A stretch of DNA of 63,162 nt, taken from assembly GCA_030324005.1 (NCBI GenBank), contig JARDVH010000133.1, positions 31,585,164 through 31,648,325 on the forward strand. The letters run 5' to 3'. The notes under the pieces were generated by a model. The model ran no database searches. It saw only the letters and a list, made by a program, of their open reading frames with translations, and was not told the DNA's origin. Below are positions 48,711-62,137 of this stretch, piece after piece. This DNA is from Negaprion brevirostris. Its lineage: Eukaryota. Position 1 is the stretch's first letter, and each line of letters begins with the position of its first letter. The translations under genes were made by a program, and so were the position numbers.

Positions 48711-49076
48711 TGCAGAGGTTAAAATAGCAGGCAGTAGAATGTCATTTTAAAGCATCCATTGACATGCATTTTCAACCTTTTTGTCAGGAGTTTAGTAGCA
48801 CACAAGGGGAACAAAAGACAAGGAAAAAAGCTATAGAGAATAAAAAGTGAAAATACTGAAAATATATAGGTCAGCCAGCATTTGTAGAAATAAAAGATAA
48901 GTCAACATATTGTGTAAGAAGGTTATACACCAAAAAAGTCAACTTGTCTTGTTGCTTTACAAGCATTTACTGTCTTGCTGGGTATTTCAAAGCATTTTCA
49001 GTTTTTATTTCAAGCCTATAGAGAATGATCTATGGTGCATCTGCATTGAAAATATCTCATTAGTGAACTTTCCTAC

Positions 49077-49239
49077 CTTCCTCATGACCAAGCATCTTAT
49101 TCTTTGCTCTCTTCCTGACCTCGTTTTTATCAGTGTCAACATTGACAGCATCGTACACAGTTTCTGCCACCTCTTGTTGCCATCGTTCTGATATCACCAG
49201 AGGGAAATTCTTATACAGTTCCTGATCACTATCCAACAG
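49077..49239 (-). CDS. GRK3: GRK3 exon 18 equivalent: [54 protein letters not shown](D)
   Basis: 163 nt, TAG acceptor, GTAGGA donor; YKNFPLVI and RKRAKNK are GRK3-type residues. Confidence 0.97.
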
Positions 49240-50562
49240 CTATGTGGGAAAAACAAAAAAATACAAAGTGAGAAAGAGAGATGGAGAGTGAAGGGAAGAG
49301 ATGGACATGGTAGACAGAGCAAGAATTTAATAGCAGGTAACAGGGGAGAGAAAGAAAGATGGGTAGTAGAGAGAAAATATTGTTGGGGGCAACAAGAGGA
49401 AGAGGAAGAATGCAGGTTGATGGCAATAGAAAATTAGGTGAAAGGGAGAGGGAAAAAGAGGGAAAGGAGAAAAAATGCCAAGAGGGAGAGAAAAACAATA
49501 ATAGAAAATTAATTAACATAACTTTCTGAAAACAATTAAACGTTTAACAAAATCTCACTTCATTTCCATTGATATTTGGCTGGATTTCAATCTGGCCATT
49601 TTATTTTACTAATACCATGTTTTTAGCTCCTTAGAGCCTGATATACATACCTCAATGTACTTTGCCCAGTGTGCTGTATTTGGTTGCTTTGTTAACTTTA
49701 GAAATTTACCATCTGAAAGTATGTTCTCTTGAAATCAAACTTCTTAAAATGTTCTTCCATAACTTTTGTTTTTTTTGTATACCAGAACTCCTACTCATGG
49801 GCATTCCACAATTCTAGACATTCCTCCAGCCCTGAGGTGCCCAAAACCTGAAATTCCATTGTTTCAGATTTATAAAACGTCCAATATCAAACAGGAATTG
49901 AGATAGGGGAAAGACACTATCATAAATGGGACAAAGCCACAATATACAGGCCATGGCAATCACACAAAGGCCAATGATTAATCAAGAGTAATCTGCCTAT
50001 TCTACTCAGTTATATACATATGTCTCCACAGCTTTCACCAACATCCACTCATTACTTGACTGTACAGAATCCACAGGTTACATGTCTGCTGCAAACACTG
50101 TATTTATTAAAACATCTGATGGTTACGCAGATGTTGCTATTATGCACAGGTGGACCAAGTCTGATTATTCAGGATGTTGCACAGATGGACCAACAGATAC
50201 TGGTTATATAGGTGCCACCATAACTGAGGTCCAAACGGCACCTATCATCATTCTGGTTAGGAATGCCACCGGTACTGTCTATTATGCAAGTGCATAGCAA
50301 GTGCACAAGGCCACAGCATTATCACTGAAACACAGTTCTAATGAAAGGTCATTGACCTGACATATTAACGTTGTGTTGCTCTTCATAGATGCAGCCTGAC
50401 CTGTTGAGTATTTTCAGAATTTTCAGTTTTTATGCTATTTGCACTTGCTCATTACATGAGTGCCACTTGTTTCATTAATACTTCTTATTTTACTAGGATA
50501 TACTGGTATGACATGGTACCATGTCCACAGAAAAAAACAATATAAGAATATGCAGATAGTAC

Positions 50563-50658
50563 CTTGATGCCTTTTGTATCTTCTTCATCAAATGATCCTA
50601 TGTCAAATGCATCGGCTGCATTCACCTCTCCCCGAGGAGGAATGAGTGGAGGTGGATA
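50563..50658 (-). CDS. GRK3: GRK3 exon 17 equivalent (AGC C-tail): [32 protein letters not shown]
   Basis: 96 nt; peptide identical to human GRK2/3 as recalled; acceptor ...TTTCAAG, donor GTACTA. Confidence 0.97.
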
Positions 50659-52849
50659 CTTGAAACAAAGAAACAGGATGAAAATAATAAATAAGTGTTG
50701 CACTGTAAGAGATCAGAACCACAGATATGATTCCATGACATCTGTCATGTGTTTGATTTTTTTGTCTGTTATCACTCATGGAAATCATCCTTGGTGGTGA
50801 GAAGTTTTTGCAAAACAAAAGTCACAGCTCAGGACTGGATTAATTGTGATAGACAGCTAAAATATAGTCTTTCCATATCTACCACCTGGTTGAATCTAAC
50901 TGAAGGTTAAAACTCTCTTCTCTCTACTGGTTGTTGAGTTCTTAATAAAGTTAGTTGTACCCAGCGTCATCAGTTTTTACTTGGCAGAAAACCACAGCAT
51001 AAATTGGTCAGGTTTAATAAAGTCATGAATGGACGCACATAAAATNNNNNACTGACAGTAGCAATCTCATCTGTGACAAACACATTGCATAGCTTGGTCC
51101 TGGGTTTCTTTTATGGCTTGGAAGTGGCTCTTCCATTGCCAGTTTAGGAGTTTTGAACTATGGAGGAGAACTCTTTAGGCACCTCCTTTAAGCCATAAAT
51201 GTAATCCTTTCTGAACTTTACTTAGACAGACCATAATACATTTCTTTCCTCTTCAGTGCAGACAGCCATCCAGACTGAACTTGGCACCTACCAGATCTCA
51301 AAAGCACTGATTTCTGTTGAACCGTGCAAGGTTGTACTTGGGAGTGCCACCTTCTTATTAGTTAGCCCATTGTTCAAGATGGTCAATACAGAATGATAAA
51401 TCCTAACATAAAGCATTCCCTCATAGCTTTATTAGAACATCTGACTTGTCAATCCAGATGGATAATTTAGATCATGGCTGATGGCAGGTTTTAGCCAATG
51501 TAAAAGCCATTTACAATCACTTTTGCGTACTTGCTCACCTTTGCAGATGAAGGAAACCCACTGATCCTAGTGCATCTCTCTAATAACCTGTCTCATGAGA
51601 AGCTGCAGTATAATCTACCTTTTTAATAGTTCAATTTTCCAAAGAGATTTCAAGTTTAACTTTGAAGGCCTCCAGCTTTTCCTAAAGGTTCCCCTTTTCT
51701 TTGCAATTATCAATAATAATGCACTGAGTGTCTAGCTGACTGTAGTTTCTACTTAATCATGATTTCAGCAACCACAGCAAGAATACCACTAGTCTTGTTA
51801 TTTGCCATCATATTCATTCTATTAGTCATACAATTCCAGACCCAGGATTCATGGACAGAAACAGCCTTCCTGTTGCTAAGTGCCTTGGCCAGTTTGTGTA
51901 AAAGTACAGAGACCTTCATCCATTCTAACATGACAGTTATGCTGACTCGAATTCAGCATCCTGTCCCAGACAGATTACAGCTATTTTATTAATTAAGGAA
52001 GCGACTCGTCATGATTTAAAATTTTAGTGATGCTTAACAATACAAGGAAAACAAAAGGATGTAGTATTTTATTCAACATTGAATAATCAATTGTTGTTCA
52101 ACACTGAACAGTATGCTGTGCCATGTAAAGCTTGGAATGTGAAGCTTGCAACAATCTAGAAATTGCTCTGTAACATTATCTAGAAACATCATCTAGTATG
52201 TAGAGAGCGTGCTTCTGAAGTACATTTACACATCCCACAAGCCAAGGCTTATCCTCTAACGAGTATAATTTTCCAGGCAGTTAGTTGAGCATGCCAATTT
52301 CCACTACGTCAGTCTTGGCCTTGCCTGGGCCCAGTTTCATCTGGGTCTTCTTACCCATGGGTTCTTAGGTGACAATCAGCATTCACAAATTTTCCAGAGG
52401 GATACAAACCTGTTTCCAAGAAAAGTTCAATATCAGGCTACTTCTCATCAAAGAAATTGGGATTTCAGGTGGCAATGCAGATCTGACTTACGAGGGGCAT
52501 TCTTGAGATTCTTGGATGGAGCGAACGTGATGCCAGGTTGAAGATGTTAGCTGACATATTGCAAAGATCAATGCAGGTGATGCTCATGGGTAAAATATTT
52601 AAATGGATTGACCAGGAGCTTCCTGCTTTCCTTCAACCCAGATCTCAAACCTAACTTTGTTAGGTCCTGGAGCTAGGTGACTCAAGTACCTGTTGAAACA
52701 TTCCTCACAGTGTCTTTTTCAGACATTCATTAGTATTCCATGCTTCTTCAGAACTCCCAGTCCTCCCACTGCACTAACACTGGCTCAATTCATAACTGAT
52801 TTTACAAATAGAGTCTCAACTCAATTAATGCCAAGGAAGTTAGTTCTGG

Positions 52850-54244
52850 GATATTGAGCCAGCAACTGTGAAGAAACAGCAGTAGATTGCCAAGGCTGGA
52901 CAGAATATGGTTTGGAGGGGAACTTGCAGGGATTGATGTTCCCGTCATCAGTTGCCCTGGCCCTTCTAGGTGATAGCACTCATTGGTTTGAAAGGGGCTG
53001 TCAAAGGGGGCTTAATGAGTTACTGCAGTGCATCTTGCAGATGGTACACAATGACCCTACTGTGTACGTTGATGGAAAGAATGAATGTTTAAGGTGGGGG
53101 ATGGGGTGCCAATTAAGTAGGCTGCTTTGTCCTGGATGGTGTTGAGCTTACTGAGTGTTGTTGGAGTTACAGTCATCCAGCCAAGTGCTGTGTATTCTAT
53201 CACAGTCCTGGCTAGTGCCTTATAAGTGGTGGACAATCTTTGAGGAATCAGAAAGCGAGTTACTCTCTGCAGAGTAAGTTCTGTTGGGCTAGTAGCTTAC
53301 AGTGCTTGGTTGATCCCAGTTCTAAGTTGCTAGGTCTGTCAAAATCTATTCCATTTAGCACAGTCCATAAAATAAGGTAAAGGGTATCTTCAGTGTGGAG
53401 ATGGGAATTTATCTCCACAAGGATTGTGCACTGCTAACTTCTACCAGTACTGCCAAGGAGAAATGCACCTGTGCCAGTTAGTCTGTGTGGACAAAGTCTT
53501 GTTGGTTCACTCACATCTGCCACAGGCTCAGAGTAGCAGTTATGTCCTTTAGGACTCAGCTAATTCAGTCACTAGTGGTGCTGTTAAGCCACTCTTGATA
53601 ATGGATGTTGAAGTCCACCGCCCAGAGCACATTTTGTTGTGTGCTTGTACCATCAGTGCTTCTCCCAATTGACGTTCAACATGGACATTTACTGAATCAT
53701 CAGCTGTGGGGAGTCAGGTCGGGAGCTGGGGCACGAATATAGGTAACAATCAGCAGGACCTTTTCTTGCCCATGTTTGACTTGATACTGCAAAACTTCAT
53801 GGCTTCCAGGGCCAATGTTGAAGATTCCAAAGGTAACTACTTCCCGACAATATGCCATTGTGCTGCCATCGCTGCTGCGTCTGCTCTGCTAGTGGGACAG
53901 GACATACACAGAGATAGTGATGGTAGTGTCTGGGACATTGTCTGTCAGGATGCTGCTCGACTGGTTTGTGGACAGCTCTTTTGGCATTAACTTTTTATAA
54001 GGCGGATTTTGCAGTGTTGGCAGGGCTAGGTTTGCCATTGCAATTTCCGATGCCTGCCAGGTAATTTATCTGGTTTCACTCCCTTTTTAAACGCTTCCAT
54101 GAGGTTTGTTACAACCCAGTGGCATACTAGGTTTTTTATCAGAGGGCATCAAAGAGTCACCTACGTTGCTGTGGGTCTGGAGTCATATGAAAACTAGACC
54201 AGGTAAGGATGACATATTTCCTTCATGGTCAACATTAGTTTCAG
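52850..54244 (-). mobile_element. Internally deleted CR1/L2-group LINE (family of 71-1250)
   Basis: 3' part matches 16800-17130; endonuclease-like remnant GGLQHP near 53600; 5' part matches the SINE body at 40928 and 47826. Confidence 0.65.
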
Positions 54245-54791
54245 NNNNNNNNNNNNNNNNNNNNNNNNNNNNNNNNNNNNNNNNNNNNNNNNNNNNNNNN
54301 NNNNNNNNNNNNNNNNNNNNNNNNNNNNNNNNNNNNNNNNNNNNNNNNNNNNNNNNNNNNNNNNNNNNNNNNNNNNNNNNNNNNNNNNNNNNNNNNNNNN
54401 NNNNNNNNNNNNNNNNNNNNNNNNNNNNNNNNNNNNNNNNNNNNNNNNNNNNNNNNNNNNNNNNNNNNNNNNNNNNNNNNNNNNNNNNNNNNNNNNAATA
54501 AAGTATATTTTTAGACAAAAAGGTGCAAGATTGTGGCTGAGGAACAGTTGCCTGTTTGTGTTAGGGTAGGCCCAGGAGCTACAGAGCAAGTGAAATGCTT
54601 TGCAAAGCAGAAAACACAATTAAAGAAATGAAGGAAAATTGGGATGTTTTAAGAAAATCCTGAATTTCCCTATGCACGCTGATGCAAACCTCACCACTTG
54701 ATGGCACTGTGCAAGACAATTCAGCATACAGCAATACTCCACTATTTTTAACTTGTTACTTAGAGGAAACATAAAATCAGGCATGTCTTAC

Positions 54792-54858
54792 CTTCTGCAA
54801 ATAGACTTGTTGCCAGTCAATACCTTTAAAAAAAGGATGCTCTTTCACTTCTACAGCT
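54792..54858 (-). CDS. GRK3: GRK3 exon 16 equivalent: (G)AVEVKEHPFFKGIDWQQVYLQK
   Basis: 67 nt, TACAG acceptor, GTAAGA donor; visible within ORF 54777..55007. Confidence 0.97.
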
Positions 54859-54879
54859 CTGTAGAGATAAAATAAATAA

Positions 54880-56335
54880 TCAGTAACCCTGGCATTAGAC
54901 AACAACATATCTTCAGACATAGTTGCACCGAGAAACAAGATATCATCAGTGACACTGAGTAACAATAAATTCTTTGCTAATCTCTCCATGCAACTGAAAT
55001 TGCTCACCCTGTACCATCCTAATGAATTTCTTTTGGACTCTCTTCAAGGCCTTGACAACCTTCCAAAAGTGTGTGGTTCTGACTTGAGCACAATAACCCC
55101 ACTGGAACCTAACAAGTGACTTATATAGGTTTAGCATGACTTCCTTGCCGTCTCAATGTGCCCTGATATCAGTGATACTAGCATTGAGCAACAATTGAAA
55201 TTAGTAAAGCTACCACTGAGCAACAAAAAATTATTAATCATGGGATGAAGGAACAAGACAATCATTCATGCTGGCACTAGCAGCGAAATATAATTATTGT
55301 TTCTTGCTGTTAAGTGCCAGGCTCAATCAGTAAATATGTGAGTAAGTAATACAAAATCATCAAGTCTGGCAGTGTGCAACAGAATATAATCATTCCATGC
55401 AGTTTAAGGTGTCACAGCTAATTCGTAATCCTGGAAGAGGAAACAAGATATAATCTTTAACAATGACACAAATCAACAGCAACCCCTATATTAAGCAAAT
55501 ATACATAAACCTGCCACTGAGCAACAAGATATCACTATTACCACTGGCACACAGCATCAACACATCATCACTAACATTGCTATTGAACATTAAGGTATCA
55601 TCAGTAACATTGGTACTGGTGCTCAGCGAATGGATGTCATTGCTAAAACTGCTACTGAGCAACAAGATATCATCTAATACTGGCTCTGAGCAACAAGTTA
55701 TCATCACTAACACTGGCACTAAACAACAAGATATCATCACTAATCCTGGCATTGAGTAAGAAGTTATGACTAACCATGGCAGTGAGCATCAAATGATCAT
55801 CATAAGTGCTGGCACTGAGCTGAGAGATATTATCACTAATATTGGCACCAGATAATGAGGTATCACCACCACTAACCTTGGCAGTGAGCAATAAGACATT
55901 ATCATGAACACTGGTACTGATCAATGAAACATCACTGCCAATCCTGGCATCAAGCAACATATTATCATCACAAACCTTGGCACTGAGTAATAACACATCA
56001 TCACTAATCTGGGCACTAAGCAATAAGATATCATCGCTAATACTGGAGCTGAATAATAAGGTATCATCGCTAATGCTGGCACTGAGCAATAAGATATCAT
56101 CACTAATACTAGCACTGCGCAATAAGATGTCATTGCTAACACTGGCACTGCGCAATAAGATATCATCACTAATACTAGCACTGAGCAATAAGGTATCATC
56201 AATAAAGCTAGCACTGAGCAATAAGATATCATCACTAATACTGGCACAGAGCAATAAGGCATCATCGCTAATACTAGCACCGAGCAATAAGGCATCATCG
56301 CTAATACTGGCACTGAGTAATAAGGCATCATGCAT
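54880..56335. repeat. 33-bp minisatellite (consensus CTGGCACTGAGCAATAAGATATCATCACTAATA), interrupted by a CR1 fragment at ~55003-55150
   Basis: 11-aa periodic ORFs on both strands (SASISDDILLL; LALSNKISSLI); units homogeneous at 56020-56330 and decaying leftwards. Confidence 0.92.
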
Positions 56336-56483
56336 ATAATAATGGCATGTAGCATGAAGCCATATAGACTATATATTGTTTAGAATTATGGAATCATCAG
56401 CTTTGTCATATTACATACTGAGGATATACATTCCAGCACTAGCTCATGTACCTTCAGTCATTAGTGTCATAAAAGTGAATTAT

Positions 56484-57017
56484 TGGGCAAGAACTTCTGG
56501 AGAGCAACAGTCAAATTAACACTCCTTTTTACGAAGCTTAGTTTGGAGCTGCACCTTTCTCATCTGGACCTCCATGTTGGGCCTGATGAGAAATGTGCAG
56601 CATACCTGGTTCCCAGTCCTTCCTTTACAGGCCAATAGCATTGGAGAAAATGAAGCCTTTTTATTGCGCTAGCTACCATAAATCAGGTTAGTTTAAAGGT
56701 GCGAGCCACTTTGAGAAGCAATGGAGAAGTTAAGTGTGTCAGGTAAGTAGGTGAGGGGTTAGTGTGATTGGGTGGGGACTTCAGGTCAGGAGACCAAGTG
56801 ACAAGGAGTTGGGGCTGGTGTGTTGGGTGATAATGGGAAAGGAAGTTGGCTGGTCAGGGGGAAGGGGTGTAGTCAGGACTGTCAGGAGGGCAGTTGGGAG
56901 AGTTTGAGGGAGAGTGGGAAAGGGCACTTTGGGCAATAGTATACAGGGTAGATGGGGATGAGAGAAACTTACAGACACTCCCCCAGCACATTTTCTGGAG
57001 ATCAGAAGTTCAGGGCC
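56484..57017. mobile_element. Probable MITE-like element
   Basis: TIR-like ends TGGGCAAGAACTTCT and AGAAGTTCAGGGCCA. Confidence 0.45.
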
Positions 57018-57143
57018 ATTTTTATTGTCAACCATCATTTATCTTATTGTATTCAACATATGAGAAGCCACATCCACAATACATAATGATACAGGTCGAT
57101 AACCTGCTCCACAGCACAAGAAAAACATAAATCTGCTGCCTAC

Positions 57144-57244
57144 CCTCGTCCTAGGCACCCCAGCCGCTTGGCAACATCTCGCTGTAGAAGGCCTTCCAAA
57201 AGGGACTTCAACTCCACAGAGAAAGAATCTGGTAATTCCACATT
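57144..57244 (-). CDS. GRK3: GRK3 exon 15 equivalent: [33 protein letters not shown](G)
   Basis: 101 nt, AG acceptor and GTAGGC donor, frame continuous with neighbours; NVELPD..ELKSLL is GRK3-like. Confidence 0.97.
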
Positions 57245-57494
57245 CTGAGGGAGGAAATTGAAAAATTAAACACTGTTGAAGACCAGGACTCTTGTCGATG
57301 TGGAATAGAGGTTCACTGCATTCCTCTCAACAGCTCCAATAATGTTGGAAATTCCTGACATCAAATAACATTGCTGAGCAAAATCAACAAAACTAAAGAA
57401 CTTACATTTATGAGTTGCCTTTCACATTCTCAAAACATCTCAAAGTCCTTCAAAGCCAATGAATTCATTTTAGAGTGCACTCACTTTGTAATGC

Positions 57495-58390
57495 AGGTAA
57501 ATCAGAGGGATATAAACAGGTTAGGTGAGTGGGTAAAAACTTGGCAGGTGGAATATAATGGAGAAAAATGTGAAGTCATGCACTTTGGTAGTAAGAATAA
57601 AGGAGCTGAATATTATTTAACTGGTGAAAACTACAGTACAGGGATTTGGGAGTCCTTGTGCATAAATCACAAAAAGCTAGCTTGTAAGTTCAGCAGGTAA
57701 TTGGGAAGGCAAATGGAAGGTTGGCTTTTATTTCAAAGGGAACGGAGGAAAAAATAATGGAAACACTAGTTAGACCACACCTGGAATACTGTGAACAGTT
57801 TTGCTTCCCTTTCCTAAAAAAAGATATATGGGTAGTCCAGAGAAATGTCACTAGGCTGATCCTGGACATAGAAGGATTTTCTTATGAGGAGATATTAAGT
57901 AGGTTGGGTCTGTGCTCATTTGAGTTGAAGAATGAGGGGTGACCTTATTGAGCTATATAGGATGGTAGCTGATCTTATCCATTCCTGCCCTGATACCAGC
58001 AAAACTGGAGAATTTGGCGCCAGTCAAAAGTCCATTCAATGCAGCTGCAGTGAACAATACCAGCCAACAGGCTGGCAACAGGATTGAGGGTGCCTGACAG
58101 GGTAGATGCTGAGAAACTATTTACCCTGTGGGAGAGTCTAGGAGTAAGAGTTTGCCTATTTATGAGAGATGAAGAGGAATTTCTTCTCTTAGAGGGTAAG
58201 GAATTGGGGAATTCGATACTGCAGAGGGCTGTAGAGGCTGGGTCATTAAGTATGCTCAAGGCTGAAATAAACATTTTTAGTCAGTAAGGAAATGAAGGGT
58301 TATGGGGATAAAGTGCAGAAGTCATAATCTTACTGAATGTGGAGCACTGGATGGCCAAATTGTCTACTTCTGCTCCAATGTCTGTTGGTC
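57495..58390 (+). mobile_element. CR1 LINE 3' fragment inserted in a minus-strand Deu-domain SINE (57385-57490 plus 58393-58705)
   Basis: ORF pieces QRDINRLGEWVKTWQVEYNGEKCEVMHFG and LVRPHLEYCEQF; SINE head at ~58610-58700 on the minus strand. Confidence 0.8.
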
Positions 58391-59600
58391 AAATGCAGCA
58401 AATTTGCACAAAGCAAGACCCCACAAACAATAATGACATAAACTGCTTCAATGGAGTTGGTCGAGGGATAAAAGTTGACCAAGAAATCTAGAAAACTCTC
58501 GTGCTTTTCTCTGAAAATGTCATTGGAGTTTTATGTCCACCTAAAAAGACAGACTTAATTTAACCTTGTCTGAAGGATGTAATTGCTAATGATGCAGCAT
58601 CACTTTAGGACTGCAGTCAAGTGTCAGCCTAGATTGTGCATTCAAGTTTCTGGAGTAGGACCTGAATCCATAACATTCTGACTCAAAAGCAAGAAGACTA
58701 CCAAATATGAGAAAACAGGCTGTATATTAATTAACTTGCTAATTACACTGTAAACCAGATTGTACTGCTCAATAATCCAGTCTCTGAAAACTTTGCATGC
58801 AACTTACACTTCATGCATACAAGAGTCACAATTTAACTCATTCAATATATGTGAAAAGTGCCTTTTACTTGGTTAGGGCTGTAAAATACTTTGAATCCCC
58901 TTCTAAATAAGACAGCAAACATACATTGCTGTGTATTTAGGCTCTGGTTTCTTTTGCCTTGTCTTCCCACCTGCTCCATCACTCCCTCTCCCCATCCTCT
59001 CCAACTGTTGGCTCAACCCCAAGGCCCACTAAAGCCCATTACTCCATTACTAAGCTTGGCAGGCAGATGATCTTTTCCCAGGTTACCGCAGAGGTCACAC
59101 TATTCCTACGCCTCACAAAATTTGAGAATGTTGACTGACTTCCTGGTACAACTTTATCTCCTTCCATATCTCATCTTAACTTAGATCTTTCCCAGATGGT
59201 TTGGCAGAGATCAAGAGATTCCCATTCAAAGATCATGTGATACAAATATCCATATTCTAACATATTGTGCCACTGGTCCTTTATCAACTTGGAAGAAAAA
59301 CTAACATCCTTCTTTTACCACATTGGAACCCAAAGCTTTACTCTCAATACCTGTACTGATATACTATATTGTCACTGGGGTAATATGAACTGTGTTTACT
59401 TCTAGATTTGCCTTTGATATGAATGACTTCTCTCTAATAGTGTGCTATCAGTAGTATTCCTTCATTAGCTGACCAGAAGAAATTGTTTGAACAACAGCAA
59501 CTTCAGTTAATACAGCAAATCTAACATGGTAAAACATCCTTCAGTGTTTAACCAGTGGCGGTCTCAATAAAAATATTGAGCTACGAGGATATACAAGGAA

Positions 59601-59959
59601 GGATGGCAAGATGGCACAATGGCTAACACTGCTGCCTCACAGCTCCAAGGGCTCAAGTTCAATTCCAGCCTTGGGTGACTGTGTGGAGCTTGCACATTCT
59701 CCCCTTTTCTGCGTGGGTTTCCTCCGGGTTTTCAGATTTCACAGTCCAAAGATGCGCAGTTTTTTTGGATTGGCCATGTTAAATTGCCCCTTAGATTACC
59801 CCAAGATATGTAAGTTAGGAGGATTAGCGGAGTAAATGCATGGGGTTACACGGATAGGACAGAGGGTAGGCTTGTATGGGATGCTCTTTCAGAGAGCCAG
59901 TGCAGACCTGATGGATCAAACGGTCTCCTTCTGCACTGTAGATATTCTATGATTCTATG
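59601..59959 (+). mobile_element. HE1-type V-SINE, full length
   Basis: tRNA-like head, V domain, tail TTCTATGATTCTATG. Confidence 0.88.
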
Positions 59960-59984
59960 GATAGGTGAACAGATACTTAATCAC

Positions 59985-61600
59985 AGAAGTTGGTTTTAAG
60001 AGAACGTCTTTGAAGAAGAAAAAGGTAGAAAAACAATTAGAGGAAGAAATATAGTGCTTAGGACCAAAGTAGCTGAAAACACAGGCGCCAATGTTAGAAT
60101 GATTAAAATTAAGGATGTGCAAGAAGCCAGAATTTGAAGAGCACAGAGATCCTGAAGGCTTACAAGGTTGAAGGAGATTTCAGACATAGGGAGAGGCTAA
60201 GCAATGGAGGATTTTGAAAACAAGGATGAAGATTTTAAAATTGAGACATGTTGAACCAGGAGCCATGGTAAACAAACAGATGAGGGAATAAGCTTAAGCT
60301 AATAGAGCGTAGAATGTGGGAGACCAACCAGGAGTCTTACTGAATAGTTAATTCTAGAGATGACAAAGACATGGATGAGGATTTCTGTGGCGGATACGCT
60401 GAGGCAAGGTCAGAGACAAGTGATGTTACAAAGGTGGAAGCAAACAATCTTGGTGATAATTTGGATTTGTAGCCAAAAACTCATCTTGGGGTCAAATATA
60501 ACACCAGATCGTGAATGGTTTTACTCCGCTTAGTTTCCACGGACGTAAATAAGTGTTGGGGAAGGATTTTATGGGGAGAGAGGGATCCTTCTCAGTATTT
60601 TGTTGGAAGAAAGTTTTGGTCATCCAATATTGGATGTCAGACAAGCATAAGAACATAAGAAATAGGAGCAGGAGTAGGCCATCTAGCCCTTTGAGCCTGC
60701 CCAGCCATTCAATAAGATCATGGCTGATCTGAAGTGGATCAGTNNNNNNNNNNNNNNNNNNNNNNNNNNNNNNNNNNNNNNNNNNNNNNNNNNNNNNNNN
60801 NNNNNNNNNNNNNNNNNNNNNNNNNNNNNNNNNNNNNNNNNNNTCCTTCTTTACCATTGGAATATATTTCTGCTGAGCACCGAAAAAGATCTCCTTAAAG
60901 ATCCTCCACTGTTCCTCAGCCGTCCTACCGACCAATCTGCGCCCCCAATCTACATTTGCCAATTACTCCCTCAACCTACCGTACTCCCCTCTGTTCAAGC
61001 AGAGGACACAGGTTCGGGACCCTACTTTCTCATCCTCCATCTGCATCAAAAACTCAACCATACAACTCAACCAAACTCAAGCAGTGAGACAAATCAGAGA
61101 TAGTGGAGGAGGTTAAAAGAGATGAGACAGAGTTGAGCATCATTAGCCCACATGTGGGACCTGCTGTGTGAAATAGATGAGAAATAGATCCCTGAGGGAC
61201 TCAAGACATAACAATGCAGGAGTGGGTAAAAAATCATTGCAGATGTTCTTCTGGTCAGAATTAGATAGATAAGAATGGAATTTAGCAAACATAATTTCAC
61301 CCGACTGGGTGACGTAGAGCAGGCATTGGAGGACTATAATGTGGTCACCTTACTCAAAAACTTAAACAGGTTAACAAAAATGAGAAATGATAACTAGTCA
61401 CAATCACAAAGAATATTCTTAGTGATTTTGGCGATGGCTGTTCCAATACCACAGCCAGGCAGGAAGCTTGACTGGTGGGTTTCAAACAACTTTGGAGAAG
61501 AAAGGGAGATTATAAATAGGTGGTAGTTTGCTGGGACAGAGTCATCAAGGGTAGATTTTATTGAGTTGGGATGATGACAGCAGATTTGGGGAAGGGGGAG
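59985..61600 (-). mobile_element. L2 LINE remnant with a young CR1 inserted at ~60648-61080
   Basis: ORF 61094..61300 HMWANDAQLCLIS resembles HMYADDTQLYLS; CR1 tail CATAAGAACATAAGAAATAGGAGCAGGAGTAGGCC; ORF 60492..60962 VDWGRRLVGRTAEEQWRIFKE is CR1 ORF2-like. Confidence 0.75.
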
Positions 61601-62137
61601 AAAAGGAAGTGAACAAAAACTGGAAAACCTCTAACAGTATCTGTGGAGAGAGAATAGAGCCAACATTTTGAGTTTGGATGACCCTTCAAAACGTCAGACT
61701 GGAGAACCAGAAAGAGGGCTTGGAGCTAGAGCCGGTAAGGGTGTTTGGGGTCCCCTTCAAGGCTGTGTCTGGGTGTTTAGGTTGTTACTCTGAAGTGAGA
61801 AGGATTTTTTTTTTCCTTTTAAAGTCTTTCAGAGTAATGCTCAGGGTAAAACCCACAGAAGCATCTGACATTAGCAATCTAAATCACTTCTTTGGATGGA
61901 TCTGAGCCCAACGCAATTGTCAAGAGAAAGTTAGCGCTTTTGGGCAATTACTGGGTAAACCTTTACATGCAAACCTCTTGGAAGGATTCCCCAGCACATC
62001 AGTGGGGGACTCCCCAAATCCAACACTGGGGAATCTGAAAGTTATGGACCTTAATGCTCCAGCAGCTTTTTGACAGAATTCTGAAGCAGCATGACAGATT
62101 CACTGCCTCATTTATGAATTGTGATCTGTTTTCTTAC

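Noticed and set aside
55900-56335. Tandem box C/D snoRNA array (GTGATGA in each unit on the transcribed strand)
   Set aside because: The D box CTGA is on the opposite strand in the consensus unit, and 33 nt is too short for a snoRNA
55463-56355. Long periodic ORFs (up to 221 aa) as a repeat-protein gene, or the array as a CRISPR
   Set aside because: Open frames on both strands follow from a stop-free 33-bp unit; there are no unique spacers, the context is a eukaryotic intron, and no promoter or exon structure is evident
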